Positions 28,746-37,705 of a stretch of DNA of 64,000 bases are shown piece by piece. Location of the stretch: assembly GCA_001779925.1 (NCBI GenBank), contig MFEK01000016.1, positions 142,504-206,503 of the forward strand, written 5' to 3'. The stretch is from Candidatus Doudnabacteria bacterium RIFCSPHIGHO2_01_FULL_46_14. GTDB taxonomy: Bacteria; Patescibacteriota; Doudnabacteria; UBA920; 2-01-FULL-46-14. The position numbers were made by a program, and so were the translations under genes. The notes beneath the pieces were generated by a model that saw only the letters and a list, made by a program, of their open reading frames with translations, made no database searches and was not told the origin of the DNA. Position 1 is the first letter of the stretch; each line of letters opens with the position of its first letter.

Positions 28746-29186
28746 ATGGAACTATATATAGATACAACAGAGCAAGGGGTTATCAAGCTACAATTATACA
28801 GTGGTGAGAAAGTTATAGGGAAATCAAGAAAGCAAACTTTGAAAATTTCCGAATCATTACTTCCGGAGATTGAAAAATTGTTAAAAAAACATGGAGTTAA
28901 ATTTGTAGACTTGAAAAAAATTTCGGTTAATCCGGGTCCGGGAGGTTTTTCTTCAACGCGCACTGGGGTGGCTACTGCCAACGCTTTGAATTATGCTTTA
29001 GGGGTTAATAAAATAGTTTTGTCCGTTTATGACAAGGAACCGAATATAACAAAAGCAAAGCTTCTCCCCCTCATGAGGGGGAGACAGAGAGGGGGTCGTA
29101 GAATTAGAATTAACAAGACCTCACCTAAGCCCTCCTCCCAGCCTATGCCAGAGGCTTCGGCGGGCACAGCACGAGGAGGGGGATAA
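28746..29186 (+). CDS. tsaB: TsaB (short form) with repeat-derived C-terminal tail
   Basis: 'LYIDTT', 'SESLLPEIEKLL', 'VNPGPGGFSSTRTGVATANAL'. Confidence 0.85.
   Translation: MELYIDTTEQGVIKLQLYSGEKVIGKSRKQTLKISESLLPEIEKLLKKHGVKFVDLKKISVNPGPGGFSSTRTGVATANALNYALGVNKIVLSVYDKEPNITKAKLLPLMRGRQRGGRRIRINKTSPKPSSQPMPEASAGTARGGG
29061..29185. repeat. inverted pair of BoxC-like repeats in the tsaB 3' end (second copy has a nested insert)
   Basis: TCTCCCCCTC-AT-GAGGGGGAGA-CAG-AGAGGGGG and CCTCACCTAAGCCCTCCTCC[...]GAGGAGGG. Confidence 0.82.
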
Positions 29187-29190
29187 TACC

Positions 29191-30099
29191 ATGGCCGTCA
29201 TTGAAGTAAAAAATTTAAAAAAATCTTTTGCCAATGTTGAGGCTGTAAAAGGCCTTAGTTTTGAGGTCAAAGAAGGAGAAATTTTCGGACTCTTAGGGCC
29301 GAATGGCGCTGGCAAAACTACAACTCTGGAAATTCTCGAGGGCTTGAAAGATCCTGACAGCGGTGAGGTTAAAATTTTTAATCATGAAGGAAATAGCGCC
29401 AGTGCGCGTGATAAGATCGGCATAGTTCTACAGCAGAGCGGGTTTTTCGAGTATTTGACCATTGAGGAACTGCTCAGATTGTTTGCGTCTTTTTATAAAA
29501 AAACCGTGCCGCTCGCAGATTTGATTGAGCAGTTTGAACTCGGCAAGATTTTGCACAGCAGGTATCATGAACTTTCCGGGGGGCAAAAACAGAGGTTTGT
29601 TTTGGCCATCGCGCTTATTCACCAGCCCAAACTCTTGTTTTTGGATGAGCCGACCATAGGTCTCGATCCGCAAGTCCGGCAAAAATTTTGGGACATCATT
29701 ATCAACCTTCAAGAAAATGGGATGACCATTATTTTGACCACACATTATATGGAAGAAGCAGAGATACTTTGTGACAGAGTCGCCATTATAGACAAAGGCA
29801 AGATCATTGCCTCAGACCGGCCCGTGAAACTCATCAATTCTCTGGGGATTGTGTCGCGCATCAAATTTATGTCCTCCAAACCGATCAATGTCGCAGAACT
29901 CGAAGATCTTTCCGGAGTTTTGAATGCACGCCGCGACCGCTATACTTATGATCTCGAGACAGACAAGCCAGAGGTAGCATTGCGGGAGCTGCTCGAATGG
30001 GAAAAACAGTACAATGGCAAGATTTTTAATCTGCAGGTTCAACAAGCAACATTAGAAGACGTTTTTTTAAAGCTCACAGGCCATTCGTTAGGAGAGTGA
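29191..30099 (+). CDS. ABC-2 type transporter ATP-binding protein
   Basis: GPNGAGKTT, LSGGQKQR, FLDEPT, TTHYMEEAE. Confidence 0.95.
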   Translation: MAVIEVKNLKKSFANVEAVKGLSFEVKEGEIFGLLGPNGAGKTTTLEILEGLKDPDSGEVKIFNHEGNSASARDKIGIVLQQSGFFEYLTIEELLRLFASFYKKTVPLADLIEQFELGKILHSRYHELSGGQKQRFVLAIALIHQPKLLFLDEPTIGLDPQVRQKFWDIIINLQENGMTIILTTHYMEEAEILCDRVAIIDKGKIIASDRPVKLINSLGIVSRIKFMSSKPINVAELEDLSGVLNARRDRYTYDLETDKPEVALRELLEWEKQYNGKIFNLQVQQATLEDVFLKLTGHSLGE

Positions 30100-30217
30100 A
30101 ATTTCTAATCGACCTAATTATTCTAATTTCTAAATAATGTTTAAGCTCCAATTCCCAAATAAAAATTTAGACATTAATCTTCAGTGTTTTTAGGTTAATT
30201 AGAGTAATTAGAAATCC

Positions 30218-30961
30218 ATGAATTTATTGGTTCTCACTTTTCTAAAAATTTTTTTCCGCAACCGGCGGGCAATATTTTTTGTGCTGCTGCTGCCGGCCGG
30301 AATTTTCCTCATCCTTTCGTTCATGCGCGTCGAGCAGATTATCCAGTTTGATATCGGCCTTCCTTATACGGATTTTTTGCTTGCCGGTATCATGGCGTAC
30401 GCCATCATGCAGATGGGAATCTATACTGTTTCGTATTCATTCATTGATTATAGAAAACAAACGGTTCTGAAACGTTTATCCGTGACACCGCTTTCCAGCA
30501 AGCAGTTTCTGCAGGCCCACAGCGTGGCTCGGTTTATAGTTGCGCTGATCCAGGTCGCGCTCCTGTTCGGCATTGGCATGATTGCGTTCGGTTCGCGGCC
30601 GAGCGGTAGTATTTGGTTTCTACCGCTGGTTATCCTTTTAGGGAGCGTGGCATTTCTCAATTTTGGTTATGTGATCTCTTCCTTGGCCAGAGATTATGAA
30701 GAAGCGGCCCCTTATACGGCTATAGTTGGGCTGGGCCTGGGATTTTTAGGGGATGTATTTTTTCCTGTCGCCAATTTGCCCATATTTCTGCAAAACATTG
30801 CTCAGATCCTACCCATGGCTGCATTATCCGGCGCAATGCGCTATAGTTTATATGGCATCCAGGGCGAACAGTTTGTCTACAATTTGTTGGTTCTGACAGG
30901 CTGGTTTATTCTCGGAACCGCAGCGGCCAATGCCATTTTTGCAAAAAGAGCTTATAAATAA
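30218..30961 (+). CDS. ABC-2 type permease
   Basis: About 6 TM segments, 'LKRLSVTPL', 'FFPVANLP'. Confidence 0.9.
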   Translation: MNLLVLTFLKIFFRNRRAIFFVLLLPAGIFLILSFMRVEQIIQFDIGLPYTDFLLAGIMAYAIMQMGIYTVSYSFIDYRKQTVLKRLSVTPLSSKQFLQAHSVARFIVALIQVALLFGIGMIAFGSRPSGSIWFLPLVILLGSVAFLNFGYVISSLARDYEEAAPYTAIVGLGLGFLGDVFFPVANLPIFLQNIAQILPMAALSGAMRYSLYGIQGEQFVYNLLVLTGWFILGTAAANAIFAKRAYK

Positions 30962-30970
30962 TTTTTTCTC

Positions 30971-31621
30971 ATGACCCCGCATTTTCTCATTGTTCACCAT
31001 TCGTTCACCCCAAAAGATCTGCCCGCCAATCAGGCGGAAAACTCTTTTAATAATACCCATAAAAATCGGGGCTTCCCTGTTTCTTCCATGGGCTGGTATG
31101 TTGGGTACCACTATGTGATTTATGGCAACGGCGAACTGCGGCAATATCGCGGCGATAAAGAGATCGGCGCTCACTGCAAAGAGCAAAGCATGAATTTCCA
31201 GAGTTTGGGAATTTGTTTGTCAGGAAATTTTGATACTGAAATACCCAATCCTCTGCAGACGGAAACGTTGCGTACCCTGCTCCAGCAAAAATCAGCCGAA
31301 TGGGGCATCGCGTCTGCCAATATTTATCCGCATCGAAAATTCGCGCCTTATAAATCCTGTTATGGCACCAAGCTCGCTGATGATTGGGCGAGGAATTTAA
31401 TTGTTAGCGTTAATCCAATTAATCAAGGAGAAAACAGAGCTGTGATTATCAAAAAACAAGGAGAACCCGCGCTTTATATTCTCGAAGGAAATGTTGCCTT
31501 GCCGTTCGGGGTAGATTTTACTACATATCAGCAGGATTTTGGCGGGGCTACGGTCGTGGAACTCGCCTCTTTCGAGTTTGCCAAACTGAAAATTTCTGTA
31601 ATGAAGATTGTAAAGGCATGA
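30971..31621 (+). CDS. N-acetylmuramoyl-L-alanine amidase (amidase_2)
   Basis: 'LIVHHS', 'GYHYVI', 'GAHC', 'SLGICLSGNF', 'HR...KSCYG'. Confidence 0.9.
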   Translation: MTPHFLIVHHSFTPKDLPANQAENSFNNTHKNRGFPVSSMGWYVGYHYVIYGNGELRQYRGDKEIGAHCKEQSMNFQSLGICLSGNFDTEIPNPLQTETLRTLLQQKSAEWGIASANIYPHRKFAPYKSCYGTKLADDWARNLIVSVNPINQGENRAVIIKKQGEPALYILEGNVALPFGVDFTTYQQDFGGATVVELASFEFAKLKISVMKIVKA

Positions 31622-31938
31622 TTTCCTACGAGGATTTTCAAAAACTGGAAATAAAAATCGGCAAGATCGAGGCTGCGGAAAGAATTATTGGCTCAGACAA
31701 GCTTTTGAAGCTTCAGGTTGACCTTGGGGACAGTCAGCGCCAGATCATTGCCGGCATAGGCCGATTTCACGATCCGGAGGATATCATTGGGCATGAGATT
31801 GTAGTTTTAACCAATTTGGAACATCGCACTTTGATGGGTTTTGAATCGCAAGGCATGCTCCTGGCCGCAGATACAGAAGAGGGGTCGGTTTTGCTGCGCC
31901 CTGACAGAGAAGTCCCGCCGGGAACAGGGATAAAGTAA
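31618..31938 (+). CDS. tRNA-binding OB-fold protein (MetRS C-terminal/Trbp111/CsaA-like)
   Basis: 'EDFQKLEIKIGKI', 'RQIIAGI', 'ESQGMLLA'. Confidence 0.9.
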   Translation: MISYEDFQKLEIKIGKIEAAERIIGSDKLLKLQVDLGDSQRQIIAGIGRFHDPEDIIGHEIVVLTNLEHRTLMGFESQGMLLAADTEEGSVLLRPDREVPPGTGIK

Positions 31939-31971
31939 ACTGATAACTCATAATTCAGAACTCATAATCTC

Positions 31972-32421
31972 ATGAAGGCCAGACTCACAATTATATTTAC
32001 GCTGATTGCATTGCTTGTTATTGGCGTGCTCTGGTCGGTTGTCAGAAAATCTGCACCAAATGAAAATAATAATCCTGAACCGGACAAGGATGTTGCAGCC
32101 AACGGGAATATCAAACTGTTTTCTCCGCTTCCGAACGGTGTGATTCATAGTCCAGTCTCGGTGCGCGGAGAAGCGCGCGGCAACTGGTATTTTGAGGCGA
32201 GTTTTCCTGTCAGGCTTGAGGATGCGAATGGCAAAATTATTATTCAAACCCATGCTGAGGCTAAGGGAGACTGGATGACCACAAATTTTGTGCCATTTGA
32301 ACTCGATTTGAGCTTTGGCGCCCCACAGACTGACACTGGATTCTTGGTTTTGGAAAACGATAACCCGTCCGGCTTGCCAGAAAACCATAAGGAACTGCGA
32401 ATCCCTGTAAGATTCAAATAA
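31972..32421 (+). CDS. Gmad2 immunoglobulin-like domain protein
   Basis: N-terminal TM, 'GEARGNWYFEASFPV', 'WMTTNFVPF', 'DNPSGLP'. Confidence 0.85.
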   Translation: MKARLTIIFTLIALLVIGVLWSVVRKSAPNENNNPEPDKDVAANGNIKLFSPLPNGVIHSPVSVRGEARGNWYFEASFPVRLEDANGKIIIQTHAEAKGDWMTTNFVPFELDLSFGAPQTDTGFLVLENDNPSGLPENHKELRIPVRFK

Positions 32422-32515
32422 CCCACAAGCCTTTTTAAGGGAAGGTTTTGCACTATGAAACCTCGCTTATAATTGAAAAGCGCCGCGGTAGAGTCTCTCG
32501 CGACGCTTTTTTGGG

Positions 32516-32767
32516 TCAGCCCTTGGGGGCAAAATCTCTCCCCTCTGCCGGTGTGAATTTTCCCGCTCTGACAGCTTCCTTATCCGGATAGACAGTAATT
32601 GTGCCATGCAAGAAACGTCGAAAATCCTCAACAAACCCATCGTATCGTTTGGCGCGCTCCCAGTCGCTTCGAGCGATGGCTCTGTTACGCAGCTTTTCAT
32701 ACCGCTGCCGTTCGATACCGGCCGCCGCAAAATCATTCATGTGTTTCAGATCTCCAAGACCTCTCAT
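32516..32767 (-). CDS. hypothetical protein
   Basis: 83 aa with AGGAGGAG SD. Confidence 0.55.
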   Translation of the reverse strand: MRGLGDLKHMNDFAAAGIERQRYEKLRNRAIARSDWERAKRYDGFVEDFRRFLHGTITVYPDKEAVRAGKFTPAEGRDFAPKG

Positions 32768-32882
32768 GAACTCCTCCTAATTTGATTTAATTGTTTGTAT
32801 TTCTTGAATCGCCGATTGCAGCCGTTCGAGCACGAAAAGATTGTTACTTAACTGGTACACTATCTTCGTTTCGATTCGAGAA

Positions 32883-33233
32883 CTAATGTTTATGTTCATG
32901 AGGCTCCATCGCTTTGGTAAGGTAGGCGACCAGCATTTCGCTGAACAAATTTTGCGCATCCACAATGATGCACCAGCAGAGTCTGGACCTTCTTTGTCGC
33001 AGTTGGTGTTGTTCGTTGAGTCGGTCTTGTAATATGTTGATGGTTTCTCGCGCTGGGCCGGTTAGGTTGAGCGGCGCATCTAGCTCTTTTACTTTTTGGT
33101 CTATTTCCAAAACCTCTCTTGCCATTCTGGCAAGGTCGGACTGGCCAGCAATGTCTTCAATAGACAATTTTCGCAAACCTTCAAGAATCGTCTCTTGAAA
33201 CGCTAACGTCGACGCTTCGACTAAGGGTCTCAT
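32883..33233 (-). CDS. hypothetical helical protein
   Basis: 116 aa with AAGGAG SD. Confidence 0.6.
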   Translation of the reverse strand: MRPLVEASTLAFQETILEGLRKLSIEDIAGQSDLARMAREVLEIDQKVKELDAPLNLTGPARETINILQDRLNEQHQLRQRRSRLCWCIIVDAQNLFSEMLVAYLTKAMEPHEHKH

Positions 33234-33389
33234 GGGTTCTCCTTTTTTGATGTTAATGAACTTTTATGACTATACACCGCGACAAGATTATGGTAAATTA
33301 ACATTGAAAATATTTTCTTTGGGCATATATATTTGCCTTATTTAAGGGATTTTTTGAGTAAATATTTCGTCAAAAATAATTGACAAATA

Positions 33390-34139
33390 ATGAAAAATAA
33401 TTTGATATCATGGCTGCAAGCCACCGGATTGGATGAACAAAGGGCTAATATTTATTTAACTCTTTTGGGCCAGGGGGAGGCTACAGCCAAGCAAATTGCA
33501 GAACTTGTAAATGTAGGGAGAACGGCGGTGTATGATAATCTCCGAGTTTTGCAGAATCACGGATATGTAAATATGGTGCGGCAAGGCAGGCGGCAAATTT
33601 ATTTGCCTTTGCATCCCGATGAGCTTTATAGAAAATTTGAAAGTCAAAAACAGCAGCTAAAAGACTTGTTGCCGGATTTTTTGTCACTGTATGCGGAAAA
33701 AGACTCCCGGCCGTTTGTCCAAGCTTTTCAAGGGCATTTTGCGGCCAGAGAGGTTTATGAAGATATCTTGCGAGTGGCCGAAAAGGAATATATTTACGTT
33801 TCTCCTTCTGAATTGACTTTGCAAGTAGTGGATCGGCGCTTCATCGAAGATTGGATAAAGCGCCGGGTCGCCAAAGGCATTCACAGTAGGTCACTGCGGG
33901 TAAAAGCCAAAATAGTTCCGAATCAGGCAATTTTTAATGACGAGGCAAAGTATTTGCGCCAGATCCGTTATTTGCCTAGCTACGTTGATTTACTGGCTTC
34001 TGTTTATGTTTACGGCAATAATATTGGAGTGATTTCTACAAAAAGAGAAGGGAGTGCTTTTATCATCCATTCCCCAGATTTCGCTTTTACCTTGCGCCAG
34101 GTTTTTGATTTTTTGTGGACTATCTCCAGCAAGTCATAA
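33390..34139 (+). CDS. TrmB-family transcriptional regulator
   Basis: 'GLDEQRANIYLTLL...GRTAVYDNL' HTH; third paralog in the window. Confidence 0.85.
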   Translation: MKNNLISWLQATGLDEQRANIYLTLLGQGEATAKQIAELVNVGRTAVYDNLRVLQNHGYVNMVRQGRRQIYLPLHPDELYRKFESQKQQLKDLLPDFLSLYAEKDSRPFVQAFQGHFAAREVYEDILRVAEKEYIYVSPSELTLQVVDRRFIEDWIKRRVAKGIHSRSLRVKAKIVPNQAIFNDEAKYLRQIRYLPSYVDLLASVYVYGNNIGVISTKREGSAFIIHSPDFAFTLRQVFDFLWTISSKS

Positions 34140-34212
34140 CGCCAGCCTCGGGAGCGCTTGACTGGCCTTGACCCACCTCCGCCAAGGCTAGAGCGGGCAG
34201 GCAAGCGTTCAC

Positions 34213-34240
34213 TTGACAAATTTTTTTAGACGAGTAAGAT
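34213..34240 (+). promoter_or_regulatory. putative rpoBC promoter
   Basis: TTGACA-16-TAAGAT upstream of rpoB. Confidence 0.5.
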
Positions 34241-34384
34241 CAAGATATGGACAATACGGTGATACGGTAAGCCATTTAATTGGCCCTTTTTGTTTGTTGT
34301 ACAAAAGGGCATATTTTTGCGCCCCCAAGTCTAAAAAACCCCAATTTTATTAGGTAATTTTGTCAAGTAGGCAAATCTCTACAA

Positions 34385-37300
34385 ATGGCCAAAAAATCGT
34401 TATCCCAAAAATTACCGCAGAATTTGCCGATCAGAAAGAGTGAATCGGCAAAACGCAAGCGCTTTACCTCTGCGCCTGATGCCATGGATTTGCCCAATCT
34501 TATCGAGATGCAAACCCAGTCTTATCGGTGGTTTTTTGAGCATGGCCTTTCAGAACTGTTTGCGGAAATAAGCCCGGTCAAGGACTTCACTAGCAAAAAT
34601 TTGGAACTGCATTTTGGCAATTACTTTTTGGATCAGCCGAAATTTACAGAACTCGTTGCCAAGGAGCGCAACACTACCTTTGAAGCGCCACTTTATGTGC
34701 AGGTCAAACTGATAAACAAACCCAACAACAAAACAAAGACTCAGGATGTGTATCTCGGCGATTTCCCGCTCATGACTAACCGCGGTACATTTGTGATCAA
34801 TGGCGTGGAACGAGTCGTGGTCTCCCAGCTTATCAAATCGCCAGGCGTATTTTTCAGCTCCGCTTATTCGCGCGGCAGAAATTATTATGGCGGCAAGATT
34901 ATCCCGAATCGTGGAGCTTGGCTGGAACTCGACACAGACCTCAATGGCGTGATTGGCGTAAAGATTGACCGCAAACGCCGCATTCCGATTACTGCTTTAC
35001 TGCGCGTATTTGGTTTGACCTCCAATGAGGATATCTTGGCTGCGTTTGCAGATGTAGACACCAATCCGGACATGAAATACATTGAGACGACCCTGGAAAA
35101 GGATCCTTCGAAAAATCCTGACGAAGGATTCAAAGAGGTTTACAAAAGAATCCGTCCCGGGGATCTGGCCACAGTGGATAATGCAAGGTCGCTTATCGAG
35201 GCCATGTTTTTCAATTTTGATCGTTATGATCTCTCGCTTGTCGGGCGTTATAAATTCAATCAGCGCCTCAAGGTAGAGAAACGCGAGGATCGCATTTTAA
35301 CGAAAGAAGATCTTGTGGCTGTAGTTCGGGAAATTATCAGGCTTAACAACAGTCAGGAGCCAGCTGATGACATTGACCACCTTGCCAACCGCCGAGTACG
35401 CGCGGTCGGAGAGCTTATTCAGAGCAAATTCCGAGTGGGACTGCAGCGTATGTCCCGGATCGCCAAAGACCGAATGTCGCTTGCCGATTTGGATACAGTC
35501 ACGCCAGCCCAGCTCATTCATGTCCGGCCGATTGTCGCTGTAATGCAGGAGTTTTTCTCTTCATCCCAGCTCTCGCAGTTTATGGACCAGACCAATCCAC
35601 TCGCTGAGCTGGAGCACAAACGCCGCCTCTCTGCCATGGGTCCGGGCGGGTTGTCGCGTGAACGCGCCGGGTTTGAGGTTCGAGATGTGCACCGTTCCCA
35701 TTATGGCCGGCTTTGCCCGATTACTACGCCGGAAGGCCCGAACATCGGCTTGGTGGCCCACCTCGCAAGTTACGCGCGCATCAACGAATTTGGGTTTATT
35801 GAAACCCCATACCGCAAAGTCATCAAAGACGGCGACAAGGTTCAAGTTACTGACAATATAGAGTATTTGGATGCTTTCGAAGAAAGTCGGTTTATCATTG
35901 CCCAGGCTAACACTCCTTATGATGAAGCAGGTATTCTTACGGGCTTGCGGACGTCCGTGCGAATCCACGGCGAACCATCCATGACGCCGATTTCGGAAAT
36001 TGATTACATGGATGTTTCTCCCAAGCAAATCGTTTCCATTACCACTTCGCTCATTCCTTTCCTCGAGCATGATGACGCGAACCGCGCACTCATGGGTTCG
36101 AACATGCAACGACAGGCTGTGCCGTGCATTCGCCCGCAAGCTCCGATCGTCGGTACTGGCGTGGAAGAAAAAGCTGCTTTTGATTCTGGACAAGTCATTG
36201 TTTGCGAAGGCAGCGGCACAGTTTACAGTGTTACCGGCGACAAAATCATTGTGGCTGAGGATGACGGCAAGAAACGCGAATATTTGCTTAAAAAGTTTTT
36301 ACGTTCCAATACCTCGACCAGCATCAACCAAAAAACTATCGTGAAGCGCGGTGAAAAGGTTTTGCGCGGGCAGGCCTTGGCGGATGGTCCGGCTACGGAA
36401 AACGGAGAAATCGCTTTGGGTCAAAACGTGCTTGTGGCTTTCCTCTCCTGGAGCGGTTATAACTACGAAGATGCGATTATTATTTCTTCCCGGCTTGTGG
36501 AGCAGGATCGATTCAGTTCGATTCATATCGAAGATTTTAAAATTGATGTGCGCGATACCAAGCTTGGTCCGGAAATCGTGACGCGCGATATTCCGAATGT
36601 CGGCGAAGAAAAACTCAAAGACCTTGATGAAAATGGGGTTATCCGCATTGGTGCGCAGGTCAAAGCCGGCGATATTTTAGTAGGTAAGATTACACCGAAG
36701 GGCGAAACAGATTTGACTGCTGAGGAAAAACTCCTTCGAGTGATTTTTGGAGAGAAGGCGCGTGATGTTAAAGATACTTCGCTAAGCTTGCCGCACGGAG
36801 AGTATGGCAAAGTCGTGAACATTCGGGAGTTCTCCCGAGAAAAAGGCGACAAGCTCTCCTCCGGCGTGATCCGTTCGATTCAGGTTTCTGTTGCAGTCAT
36901 CCGCAAAGTCACAATGGGCGATAAAATGGCGGGCCGGCACGGTAACAAAGGGGTTATTTCTAAAATCGTGCCAATAGAGAATATGCCATTTATGGAGGAC
37001 GGTACGCCGATCGACATCATTCTCAATCCGTTGGGCGTGGCCTCACGTATGAACCTCGGTCAGATTCTGGAAACTCATTTGGGATTGGCAGCAAGCAAGC
37101 TTGGCTACAAAGCCGCTAGCCCGGTTCTGGACGGCGTGCCTGAAGAAATTATAAAAGAGGAGCTTGCCAAGGCTGGGTTCCCGCAGGACGGAAAGGTCCG
37201 CCTTTATGACGGCCGCACTGGCACTGCCTTCGATAATAAAGTCACGGTCGGCTACATTTATATCATGAAACTGCATCACCTTGTGGACGACAAGATGCAT

Positions 37301-37702
37301 GCGAGATCCACAGGGCCTTACTCGCTTATCACCCAGCAGCCGCTCGGCGGCAAAGCTCAGTTTGGCGGCCAGCGGTTTGGAGAAATGGAAGTCTGGGCGC
37401 TTGAAGGATATGGCGCGGCCCATACTCTGCAGGAAATGCTGACCATTAAATCTGACGATGTGGTGGGGCGGTCCAAGACCTATGAATCAATTGTTAAAGG
37501 CGAACCAATAAAAACTCCAAACGTCCCGGAATCTTTCCGCGTGCTGGTCAAAGAATTGCAGTCATTGTGTCTGGATGTGAATCTTGTAGAAGAGCAGGTC
37601 GCTGGCGATAGTGCTGGGGAAATCGGTGAGCTAACAAGCCCTGAACAGCAAGCAGTGGAAGAAGAGTTGCGAGAATTAAAACCCGAGAAAGCGAAAACCT
37701 AA
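34385..37702 (+). CDS. rpoB: RNA polymerase beta subunit
   Basis: [51 protein letters not shown]. Confidence 0.99.
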   Translation: MAKKSLSQKLPQNLPIRKSESAKRKRFTSAPDAMDLPNLIEMQTQSYRWFFEHGLSELFAEISPVKDFTSKNLELHFGNYFLDQPKFTELVAKERNTTFEAPLYVQVKLINKPNNKTKTQDVYLGDFPLMTNRGTFVINGVERVVVSQLIKSPGVFFSSAYSRGRNYYGGKIIPNRGAWLELDTDLNGVIGVKIDRKRRIPITALLRVFGLTSNEDILAAFADVDTNPDMKYIETTLEKDPSKNPDEGFKEVYKRIRPGDLATVDNARSLIEAMFFNFDRYDLSLVGRYKFNQRLKVEKREDRILTKEDLVAVVREIIRLNNSQEPADDIDHLANRRVRAVGELIQSKFRVGLQRMSRIAKDRMSLADLDTVTPAQLIHVRPIVAVMQEFFSSSQLSQFMDQTNPLAELEHKRRLSAMGPGGLSRERAGFEVRDVHRSHYGRLCPITTPEGPNIGLVAHLASYARINEFGFIETPYRKVIKDGDKVQVTDNIEYLDAFEESRFIIAQANTPYDEAGILTGLRTSVRIHGEPSMTPISEIDYMDVSPKQIVSITTSLIPFLEHDDANRALMGSNMQRQAVPCIRPQAPIVGTGVEEKAAFDSGQVIVCEGSGTVYSVTGDKIIVAEDDGKKREYLLKKFLRSNTSTSINQKTIVKRGEKVLRGQALADGPATENGEIALGQNVLVAFLSWSGYNYEDAIIISSRLVEQDRFSSIHIEDFKIDVRDTKLGPEIVTRDIPNVGEEKLKDLDENGVIRIGAQVKAGDILVGKITPKGETDLTAEEKLLRVIFGEKARDVKDTSLSLPHGEYGKVVNIREFSREKGDKLSSGVIRSIQVSVAVIRKVTMGDKMAGRHGNKGVISKIVPIENMPFMEDGTPIDIILNPLGVASRMNLGQILETHLGLAASKLGYKAASPVLDGVPEEIIKEELAKAGFPQDGKVRLYDGRTGTAFDNKVTVGYIYIMKLHHLVDDKMHARSTGPYSLITQQPLGGKAQFGGQRFGEMEVWALEGYGAAHTLQEMLTIKSDDVVGRSKTYESIVKGEPIKTPNVPESFRVLVKELQSLCLDVNLVEEQVAGDSAGEIGELTSPEQQAVEEELRELKPEKAKT

Positions 37703-37705
37703 TAT

